A DNA stretch of 10,004 nt from assembly GCA_003978465.1 (NCBI GenBank), contig QNZS01000073.1, positions 1-10,004 of the forward strand. The letters run 5' to 3'. This document shows positions 1-6,952 of this stretch, in pieces. The notes beneath the pieces were generated by a model. That model had not been told where the DNA came from and searched no databases. It saw nothing but the letters and a program-made list of their open reading frames with translations. Positions within the stretch are counted from its first letter, which is position 1, and each line of letters starts with the position of its first letter. The DNA is from Sulfurimonas sp. (GTDB lineage: Bacteria > Campylobacterota > Campylobacteria > Campylobacterales > Sulfurimonadaceae). Both the position numbers and the translations under genes were made by a program.

Positions 1-306
1 GAAGATCTCGGAGCCTCTCAGTTTAGAATACTATGGGAAATTGACTTACCTCTGGCTTCTCCGGGGATTGTTGTTGGTTCTCTTCTCAGTTTTGTCCTAG
101 CTGCTGGTGCTTTAGCTGAATCTAAATTGTTAGGTGGACAGGCTATTATTGTTTTTGCAGACGAGGTAGAAACAGCATTTACATATGGCCAGAACTGGCC
201 ACTTGGTTCAGCCCTAGCAATGATATTAATTCTGATTATAGGAATTCTTGCATTTTTCTCGATTACTAAGATAGATTTAGATACAATGATGGGGAGAAGA
301 CATTAA
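1..306 (+). CDS. ABC transporter permease, 3' partial (PotB-like, spermidine/putrescine-family inner membrane component)
   Basis: Frame 1 is open from base 1 to TAA at 304-306. Translation EDLGASQFRILWEIDLPLASPGIVVGSLLSF... carries the EAA-loop signature of ABC importer permeases (E-x-LGAS...F..I.LP...PGI) followed by a hydrophobic C-terminal TM segment. The stop overlaps the next permease start (TAATG). Confidence 0.8.
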   Translation, partial: EDLGASQFRILWEIDLPLASPGIVVGSLLSFVLAAGALAESKLLGGQAIIVFADEVETAFTYGQNWPLGSALAMILILIIGILAFFSITKIDLDTMMGRRH

Positions 307-1100
307 TGAGATCATCACGAAAAACCGTGTACTTTCTTCATGCATATGGAGTATTGGCTATTTTCTTTCTTTATTTACCACTTGTTTCCGTTTTTTACGC
401 TTCTATCTCAAAAACGAGATATTTATCCTTTCCAATACGGAGGTACGCGACACATTGGTATTTGAAGGCATTAGAAAGTCCTACAGTCTCAAATTTGGTC
501 GAAACATCGCTGAAAATAGCTATAATTGTCACAGTCATTTCTATGCTAGTTGGTTTCTTTGGGGCCTTAGCATACGCAAGATATCACTGGAAGTATAGAA
601 ACGTATTTCAAAAAATCATTATTTTGCCAATTTTTTTTCCACAAGCAGTGCTTGGTCTGGCGTTGTTGATTTGGTTTAACTCCATTGGATTAATACCTTC
701 TTGGAAAACTGCTGTTGTGGCTCATCTTGTATGGATTGCACCCATTTCAACATTAATAATCGCTATCCGTGCATATAGCTTTGATCCTGCACTTGAGGAA
801 GCGGCCAGAGATATGGGAGCAACTACTTGGACAATTATGCGTGAAATTACAGTACCCTTGCTAATGCCTGGAGTCATATCTGCTGGATTATTCTCTTTTC
901 TTCTAAGTTGGGGGAATTTCCCATTATCTTTATTTACTACTGGTGCAGACTCTACACTACCTGAATGGCTTTATGCGAAAATGGTTTCGGGTTATTCGCC
1001 TTTAGTTCCATCTGTGGGAATTATTTCTATCAGTGCCTCAGTTATTCTGATAATCATTGCATATACTGTAACTAAATTAGTAGCATCAGTTAGTAAGTGA
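306..1100 (+). CDS. ABC transporter permease (PotC-like, polyamine/amino-compound importer family)
   Basis: 264 aa, about six hydrophobic segments, EAA motif EEAARDMGATTWTIMREITVPLLMPGV. Translationally coupled to the upstream permease. Confidence 0.85.
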   Translation: MRSSRKTVYFLHAYGVLAIFFLYLPLVSVFYASISKTRYLSFPIRRYATHWYLKALESPTVSNLVETSLKIAIIVTVISMLVGFFGALAYARYHWKYRNVFQKIIILPIFFPQAVLGLALLIWFNSIGLIPSWKTAVVAHLVWIAPISTLIIAIRAYSFDPALEEAARDMGATTWTIMREITVPLLMPGVISAGLFSFLLSWGNFPLSLFTTGADSTLPEWLYAKMVSGYSPLVPSVGIISISASVILIIIAYTVTKLVASVSK

Positions 1101-1135
1101 CTAATGACAAATTTGCTTATAAAAACTAAAAACTC

Positions 1136-1141
1136 AAGGAG
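1136..1141 (+). promoter_or_regulatory. Shine-Dalgarno (AAGGAG) for the SDR gene
   Basis: AAGGAG 5 nt upstream of ATG at 1147. Confidence 0.6.
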
Positions 1142-1146
1142 AAAAA

Positions 1147-1926
1147 ATGTTTACTAGCATCAAGGGGCGTTCTGTTATCGTTACAGGTGCATCCAAAGGT
1201 ATAGGAAGGGGAATTGCCAATGTATTTGCTTTGCAAGGTGCAAAGGTGATGGTGGTGGCCCGTGGAGAGGAGGAGGCAAAAGCAACTGTTGATGAAATCC
1301 GTTCAAAGAAAGGGATTGCGGAAATGCAGTTGTGCGATGTGACAGATTGGGAAGCGGTGGAGGAAATGGTGACAGCAACTGAATCGGAGTTTGGAAGTGT
1401 TGATATACTTTGCGCAAATGCGGGGATATTCCCTCAAACTAAAATATTTGAAATGGATCCAGAGGAGTGGGACCAAGTTATGAAAACTAATCTGAAAAGT
1501 GCTTTTTTGTGTGTAAAAGCCTGTATTCCGCAATTTAAAAAGAAAAGAAATGGGCGGATTATTCTAACTTCATCTATAACTGGGCCCGTAACTGCTTACC
1601 CAGGCTGGTCTCATTACGGAGCTTCCAAATCGGGACAACTGGGATTCATGAAGACCGCAGCGATGGAACTCTCGAAGTATGGTACTACTATAAATGCTGT
1701 ATTGCCTGGTAATATTTTCACAGAAGGATTACAGGATTTAGGACAAGATTATTTAGATTCCATGGCGGCTACAATTCCTCTAAAACGTCTTGGTGTGGTT
1801 GAAGATATTGGTAACGCAGCATTATTTTTTGCTTCTGATGAAGCCTCCTACATCACAGGTCAGACTTTGATAGTAGATGGCGGACAAATTCTTCCTGAAT
1901 CTCTGGAAGCAATTGAAGAAATATAA
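1147..1926 (+). CDS. short-chain dehydrogenase/reductase (classical SDR); candidate amino-alcohol/aminoketone dehydrogenase
   Basis: N-terminal Rossmann motif TGASKGIGRGIA (TGxxxGxG), NAG motif (CANAGI), catalytic S (TSSITG) and YxxxK (YGASKSG), C-terminal IVDGG. About 13-aa extension beyond the usual SDR end. Confidence 0.85.
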   Translation: MFTSIKGRSVIVTGASKGIGRGIANVFALQGAKVMVVARGEEEAKATVDEIRSKKGIAEMQLCDVTDWEAVEEMVTATESEFGSVDILCANAGIFPQTKIFEMDPEEWDQVMKTNLKSAFLCVKACIPQFKKKRNGRIILTSSITGPVTAYPGWSHYGASKSGQLGFMKTAAMELSKYGTTINAVLPGNIFTEGLQDLGQDYLDSMAATIPLKRLGVVEDIGNAALFFASDEASYITGQTLIVDGGQILPESLEAIEEI

Positions 1927-1944
1927 CAAAAATGGAGAAATATT

Positions 1945-2949
1945 ATGGTTGATAGTCAGCAATCTCATTTCATGCTGATAGATCATCTTGGTGAATTAGC
2001 TAATTCTTCACTTAAATTGTGGGAGGTCCCCGGTGAAGCTTCAGCAAAATTGATCAATTTCTCAGAAAATGCAACATATCTTGTTTCGTCGTCTAAAGGT
2101 TACCGGTCTATTCTAAGAATTCATCGTGAAAATTACCACACTAAGCCTGCAATAGCATCAGAAATAGCTTGGACTCGTGCTTTGAACAAAGAAAGTGAAG
2201 TTGAAACGCCAAACATCATTCCGGGGAGAGATAATCAAGATATTCAACAAGGCAAAGTTGATGGTTTGAAAAACAACCGTTACATGGTTATGTTCGAGTA
2301 TGTTGAAGGAGAAGAACCCAATGAAGAACAGGATCTCGTTGGACCATTTGAAGAACTAGGTGAAATTAGTGCTAAAACCCACATACATTCCATTGGCTGG
2401 AATCGACCAAATTACTTTGAAAGGCTTGAATGGAACATAGATGCTTTTTTTGGTTCAAAGCCAATTTGGGGCAAATGGCAAGATGCACCAGCAATGGAAA
2501 AACCTGTTTTAAAATTGCTAATTCAGCAGGAAGATCTTATTGTTAAGCGTATAAAAAAATTTGGAAGGGGATGTGGAAAGTTCGGTCTTATTCATGCTGA
2601 TATGAGACTAGCAAATCTATTGATTCATGAAGGTAAAACTCGCCTTATTGATTTTGACGATTGCGGAATAGGCTGGTTCTTATATGACTTCGCTGCTGGG
2701 ATCAGTTTTATGGAAGATAATCCAACAGTTGAAACACTAAAAGATGCTTGGGTGAGGGGATATAGAAATGTTAGTTCTCTTTCGAATGAAGAAGAAAAAG
2801 AAATAGATACTTTCATCATGCTCCGTAGAATGGCGCTATTGGCATGGATTGGTTCTCATTCAGATACTGATTTGGCCAAAGAACAAGGGCCTGAATTTAC
2901 GAAAGTCTCAGGAGAACTTGCTGAAAAATTCATGATAAAAATGGGGTAA
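1945..2949 (+). CDS. APH/choline-kinase-fold phosphotransferase; candidate amino-alcohol kinase (1-amino-2-propanol or ethanolamine kinase)
   Basis: Brenner motif LIHADMRLANLLI (HxDxxxxN) and Mg-binding IDFDDCGIG (D-F-D), typical of PF01636 kinases. N-terminal ...NATYLV...ILRIHRE nucleotide-lobe pattern. GGAGA RBS 6 nt upstream. Confidence 0.75.
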   Translation: MVDSQQSHFMLIDHLGELANSSLKLWEVPGEASAKLINFSENATYLVSSSKGYRSILRIHRENYHTKPAIASEIAWTRALNKESEVETPNIIPGRDNQDIQQGKVDGLKNNRYMVMFEYVEGEEPNEEQDLVGPFEELGEISAKTHIHSIGWNRPNYFERLEWNIDAFFGSKPIWGKWQDAPAMEKPVLKLLIQQEDLIVKRIKKFGRGCGKFGLIHADMRLANLLIHEGKTRLIDFDDCGIGWFLYDFAAGISFMEDNPTVETLKDAWVRGYRNVSSLSNEEEKEIDTFIMLRRMALLAWIGSHSDTDLAKEQGPEFTKVSGELAEKFMIKMG

Positions 2950-3019
2950 CTCCTTGATGTTAAAATTAGTAACGCTATCAATTCTAATCAGTATTAATAT
3001 TAAGGTTTAACCTCAAAAA

Positions 3020-3634
3020 CTATTTATTTTTAATCAAATCATCAATAGCACTTTGAGCAATGACCATATCTTCCTTTCTTCCAGACATAAAAACTCTTCC
3101 GGAAGCACCAATCATTTGTACATCATTGATTATAGCTTGCGGTGCAGCTCTTTCAGCCTCATTGGCTGCTTTGCAAGCAAACAAAGCTGGAGTCATTTCA
3201 CAAACGAGTAATGATGATCCAGAGATCAACATTGAAGCTGATCTTGTCCGATTTAAAATAATAGAATGTTGATCTGATATATTTTCAATAATATCACGGT
3301 ACAATATCTTTGGAAGTAGTTGATCAGAAGGTTTTGCACTGATACCATCCAGAATGGCTTTCCCAGCAGACTCCAGTTCAGCTTCAATGCTTGAGTGGAG
3401 TTCCAGCAATCCAAACTGACGTTCAGTAAACAAAATTCCTGGTTCCATGTCAGGTGAGGCTTTAAGTGCCAAATCTACTATTCTATGGATTGATAATGCT
3501 GGTGCAACTTCAACAATTAAACTATGTTCACCAGCATAAACTGGATATCCTCTTGCACGAGTTGGACTACTTAAGTAAGCAGCAAACTGTGGTTGTAAGT
3601 CCAAGATTGGTAAATAGACCCTCAGTTCAGTCAT
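3020..3634 (-). CDS. tandem BMC-domain shell protein (BMC-T), possibly permuted EutL/PduB-like
   Basis: 204 aa with two consecutive segments following the BMC-domain pattern (beta-strand / A-rich helix ...ALKAS..., ...ACKAANEAERA... / G-rich hairpin / A-rich helix). N-terminal LPILDLQPQF resembles the EutL N-terminus. Paralogue of ORF 4763..5371. Confidence 0.55.
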   Translation of the reverse strand: MTELRVYLPILDLQPQFAAYLSSPTRARGYPVYAGEHSLIVEVAPALSIHRIVDLALKASPDMEPGILFTERQFGLLELHSSIEAELESAGKAILDGISAKPSDQLLPKILYRDIIENISDQHSIILNRTRSASMLISGSSLLVCEMTPALFACKAANEAERAAPQAIINDVQMIGASGRVFMSGRKEDMVIAQSAIDDLIKNK

Positions 3635-3687
3635 TAATATTTATTCTTGTATATTTTATTCAAAAATAATTGAGCATAATCTTATTG

Positions 3688-3969
3688 TTATTTCCCGTCA
3701 AGAGAGAAGTATTTCCCTAGGTCGGTATGGGGCCGTGGTATCACATGAACAGAAATGAGTTCTCCTACTTCATTAGCAGTTTCTGCTCCTGCTTCAGTTG
3801 CTGCCTTTACAGCGCCAACATCACCTTTTATGATAACTGATACAAGGCCATCACCAACCTCTTCCCTTCCAGCAATGGTTACATTAGCTGCTTTAACCAT
3901 TGCATCCGCAGCAGCAAGTGATGCGACATAACCTTTTGTTTCAATCATTCCTATAGCTTGATTGGACAT
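3688..3969 (-). CDS. BMC-H hexameric shell protein (PduA/EutM/CcmK family)
   Basis: 93 aa. [26 protein letters not shown]...[13 protein letters not shown]...VHVIPRPH is the canonical PF00936 signature. Confidence 0.92.
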   Translation of the reverse strand: MSNQAIGMIETKGYVASLAAADAMVKAANVTIAGREEVGDGLVSVIIKGDVGAVKAATEAGAETANEVGELISVHVIPRPHTDLGKYFSLDGK

Positions 3970-3976
3970 GAGACTT

Positions 3977-3982
3977 TCTCCT
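3977..3982 (-). promoter_or_regulatory. Shine-Dalgarno (AGGAGA on minus strand) for the BMC-H gene
   Basis: Plus-strand TCTCCT, 7 nt upstream (in the mRNA) of the BMC-H ATG (3967-3969). Confidence 0.6.
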
Positions 3983-4069
3983 ATTTGTGTTTTGGCTTTT
4001 AGGCCAGTTTGCGCCGCTATTGTTTGCTAACGGCAATGGATCGATTTGAAGAAGTTTTTGCCATTTACA

Positions 4070-4312
4070 TTACTCCTTCTCATCAATAGAACCAATGATT
4101 AGAGAATCAATTGGTGCCTTGAATTCTGTAAAATAACCGGCTGCAACAGAACCTTGAGTTAACAATACCGCTTCTCCTACGGCACATCCTAACGGGTCGT
4201 AAGCAATAATATTTTCACCGCTTTCAACTTCTACTTCCAAATACCCTCCCTTGGGAAGCTTATCAACATGTTTAGATGACCAAATTTGGCCTTTTACCCT
4301 TCCTCTGATCAT
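4070..4312 (-). CDS. BMC vertex protein (BMC-P pentamer, EutN/PduN/CcmL family)
   Basis: 80 aa. MIRGRVKGQIWSSKH...GEAVLLTQGSVAAG matches the PF03319 size and pattern (N-terminal IxGxVxG). 4-nt overlap with the upstream gene. Confidence 0.85.
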   Translation of the reverse strand: MIRGRVKGQIWSSKHVDKLPKGGYLEVEVESGENIIAYDPLGCAVGEAVLLTQGSVAAGYFTEFKAPIDSLIIGSIDEKE

Positions 4313-4755
4313 ATTTGTGTCCTTTCCATTTTTATCCCCTTTTTACGTAACTCATCTTTTGCCAAAGGGGTTAATTTAGCATTTTTTAAAACCTGCAAAA
4401 CAGTAATATTTTCATCCAATTTTGCTATATCATATTCTGTAATCAAACCATCTTCTATTTTGTTTGAAGTAGGATGAGAAGTACAAGATCTACTATTTAA
4501 ATTAGCAGATGATGGCACATCTAAATGAAAAATAATATCCCCATTTTCAATGTTTGAAAATCCATCAGTTTCTCTTACAATATTCAATATTTTTTTAACA
4601 AATTTCATTAGATCTTCATCCGTTCTGATAGAGACTATTACTTCTCTAGTAGTTTTCTGATCCAACGAAACTGACTCCTTGTTGATTGAAGCTATCTCTT
4701 CTACCAACAATTCACGTATTATTTTTCTAATTTCTTTCCCCACAGTTGGCCTCAT
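4309..4755 (-). CDS. hypothetical 148-aa protein with N-terminal amphipathic helix (encapsulation-peptide-like); BMC-associated protein of unknown function
   Basis: Embedded between shell genes and coupled to the vertex gene. N-terminal GKEIRKIIRELLVEEIASI has i/i+3/i+4 hydrophobic periodicity. No catalytic motif recognised by eye. C-terminal ...LKNAKLTPLAKDELRKKGI. Confidence 0.5.
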   Translation of the reverse strand: MRPTVGKEIRKIIRELLVEEIASINKESVSLDQKTTREVIVSIRTDEDLMKFVKKILNIVRETDGFSNIENGDIIFHLDVPSSANLNSRSCTSHPTSNKIEDGLITEYDIAKLDENITVLQVLKNAKLTPLAKDELRKKGIKMERTQI

Positions 4756-4762
4756 CTATTGT

Positions 4763-5371
4763 TCATTGTTTTCGTAAGGCCAACTCAGCAGCTTCACGCG
4801 CGTTACGTATCTCAGCTTCGCTACCAGACAGGTAAAGTCGACCATTTGCACCAATCATACGATAGTCAATTATTTTTATATTAGCTTTTTTTTCTGCTTC
4901 ATTGCAGGCTAAAATTGCGTAGGATGCTGGTTGGCATTCCAATAGATAAAGAGACTCCCCTCCTAAAATCATCGAACCTAACTTATTTCGATTAATTAAA
5001 TAAGCATGTTGGTTTTCGACTCGCGTAACTATCTTTGAAGCAAGAATAGTTGCTGGCTTAGCATCTTTGGGAGTCGCTCCTAAACTTTTCAATACTGCTT
5101 CTGCACTTGCTTTGACTTCTGCTGTAGAATCGGCATGAAACTCTAGATACCCAAATTGACGTTCTACAACCAAAATGCCAGCCTTAACATTTGCGCCTTT
5201 CAAAGCAACATCTGTTAAAGCCTCAATGTCTAAACCAGGTGCAATTTCAATGATCTGAGACGCCATATTTTTACGAGGCAATGAGCCTCTCATCCAAGTT
5301 GCAATATAAGCCAAAGTTTGAGGTTGCAACTGATCAATGAATATAAAAGAACGTAATTCAGCCATGTACAC
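4763..5371 (-). CDS. tandem BMC-domain shell protein (BMC-T), paralogue of 3020..3634
   Basis: 202 aa. Two BMC-like segments (SQIIEIAPGLDIEALTDVALKGANVKA...; ...AILACNEAEKKANIKIIDYRMIGANGRLYLSGSEAEIRNA). Shares the N-terminal ELR...D(Q)LQPQ..AY motif with the other BMC-T. Confidence 0.55.
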   Translation of the reverse strand: MYMAELRSFIFIDQLQPQTLAYIATWMRGSLPRKNMASQIIEIAPGLDIEALTDVALKGANVKAGILVVERQFGYLEFHADSTAEVKASAEAVLKSLGATPKDAKPATILASKIVTRVENQHAYLINRNKLGSMILGGESLYLLECQPASYAILACNEAEKKANIKIIDYRMIGANGRLYLSGSEAEIRNAREAAELALRKQ

Positions 5372-5374
5372 AAA

Positions 5375-6952
5375 TCATTTTTTCAGAACATTCTTAAGCT
5401 CTTCCGCAATCAATTTACGGAGTTCTTCTCTGTTCACATTATCAATTGAGAAACTGGTGCTTGTCGAGGTTGTATCCACTCGACGAGACTTTGGTGAACC
5501 TGGTACTCCATCTGATGGAGACCTTGGCAATGGACCGTCTAATGATAAAGACAGTTCATTAAATTTACCAAAAGCTACAGACGGATCTGAATTATAAGCA
5601 ATTTGTGTCCAATGAATTAGATGTTGTGGACCAAGATTTTCACCAAGTGAACTCCTCCCATAAAATCCAGTACCTATGGTAAATGATGGAGCCAGATTGG
5701 TGTTAAACCCTGATGCCCCTAAACTACAAGAGGCATTTACTACTACTCGATAACATTCGACTCTTGATGCAAAATCAAGAATCATTCTCTCGTTTTGACT
5801 ATGTATGACAGCCGAATGACCAGCACCCGTTGCTCTAAGCGTAGCCCTTGACTGAGCGATTGCTTGTTTGGGACTGTTTGCAACATAAAAAGACAGTACA
5901 GGGCAAAGTTTTTCTCTAGCTAACGGTTCTTCAATACCGATACTGTTAATTGGTGTTACAAGGATTAGTGTTTTTTTGGGAACCCGGATGCCGCATTCAC
6001 GTGCAATCCAAACTGCATCACGGCCTAAAGCCTCAACGTTAAAGCCATTGGGGTGAAAAAGATAATTGCGTATTTGTACTACCTCATTATTATTGCAAAT
6101 ATAGGCTCCTTCATTTTTCAAACTTTTGCGAAGGGGTTTGTCAACATCCGTCAAAGTGATGAGGTTAGATTCACTGGTACAAAGTACGGAATTGTCAAAA
6201 CTTTTAGATGTCACAATTTGATTTGCTGCCAATGCAATATCTGCCGATGAATCAACGAATACAGGCGCATTACCTGGACCAACTCCTATGGCCGGATTAG
6301 AAGAAGAATAAGCTGCACGAACCATTGCTGTACCACCAGTTGCCAGGATCACGTTCGTTTTTGGTGATGACATGAATTCTTCTATCAACGGAATAGACGG
6401 GGTTTCTAATACTTGTATTGCCCCCTCAGGCGCTCCAGAAGAAATTGCAGCCTCTGTCAAAATTCGAACTGCATCTATACATGATTTCTTTGCTGCTGGA
6501 TGTGGGCTAATAACAATTGAGTTTCGTGTAATTAGTGCAAGAATAATTTTAAAATTCAGTGTTGAAATAGGATTTGTCGATGGAATCAAAGCAAATATTA
6601 CTCCCGCAGGTCTTGGGATTTCTACAATTTTCTTTTCTTCTTTAACACGCATCGAAACAAGGTCTTGCTCTCTATAATAATCTACTAATGGTTTTGCTGT
6701 GAACTCATTTTTCAGCTTCTTGTGTGAAACTACCCCAAAACCTGTCTCAACAACAACTTGTTCGGCCCATTCCCCCGCATGACTATGGGCAACGTTGGCT
6801 ACGGCATCAACAATTTTCATTGTTCTTTTTTTATCGAATCTCTGAAATATATATGATGCCCACCGCGCTCGCTCTAAAACTATGTCAGCACGCCCCGATA
6901 AAGATGCTTGAGATTCTGAGATATCAACTAGAGTTCTGATTTGTGGTTCCAT
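5375..6952 (-). CDS. CoA-acylating aldehyde dehydrogenase (PduP/EutE-like) with C-terminal extension: P/S/T-rich linker plus amphipathic helix
   Basis: 525 aa. ALDH-fold blocks (IVISPHPAAKKS..., ATGGTAMVRAAY..., active-site context FDNSVLCTSESNLI, ...GTGFYGRSSLGEN). The last ~55 aa are GPLPRSPSDGVPGSPKSRRVDTTSTSTS...NREELRKLIAEELKNVLKK. The start codon overlaps the upstream stop (TGATG). Confidence 0.85.
   Translation of the reverse strand: MEPQIRTLVDISESQASLSGRADIVLERARWASYIFQRFDKKRTMKIVDAVANVAHSHAGEWAEQVVVETGFGVVSHKKLKNEFTAKPLVDYYREQDLVSMRVKEEKKIVEIPRPAGVIFALIPSTNPISTLNFKIILALITRNSIVISPHPAAKKSCIDAVRILTEAAISSGAPEGAIQVLETPSIPLIEEFMSSPKTNVILATGGTAMVRAAYSSSNPAIGVGPGNAPVFVDSSADIALAANQIVTSKSFDNSVLCTSESNLITLTDVDKPLRKSLKNEGAYICNNNEVVQIRNYLFHPNGFNVEALGRDAVWIARECGIRVPKKTLILVTPINSIGIEEPLAREKLCPVLSFYVANSPKQAIAQSRATLRATGAGHSAVIHSQNERMILDFASRVECYRVVVNASCSLGASGFNTNLAPSFTIGTGFYGRSSLGENLGPQHLIHWTQIAYNSDPSVAFGKFNELSLSLDGPLPRSPSDGVPGSPKSRRVDTTSTSTSFSIDNVNREELRKLIAEELKNVLKK

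Noticed and set aside
1945-2949. Kinase as an aminoglycoside-resistance APH or homoserine kinase type II
   Set aside because: The fold motifs are shared by the whole PF01636 superfamily. Placement in the locus next to an SDR, facing a class-III/ALDH/shell operon, favours an amino-alcohol kinase. This remains an inference that phylogeny must test.
2950-3019. Bidirectional intrinsic terminator between the convergent kinase and BMC-T genes
   Set aside because: Only short AT-rich imperfect stems (AGGTTTAACCT, ATTAG...CTAAT) were found, with no GC-rich stem followed by a T-run, so no terminator is called.
3020-3634. The ~200-aa proteins as PduL-type phosphotransacylases (similar size)
   Set aside because: They lack the duplicated PduL His-containing motifs (G-x-x-H, R-H-I-H) and instead show two alanine/glycine-rich BMC-like halves.
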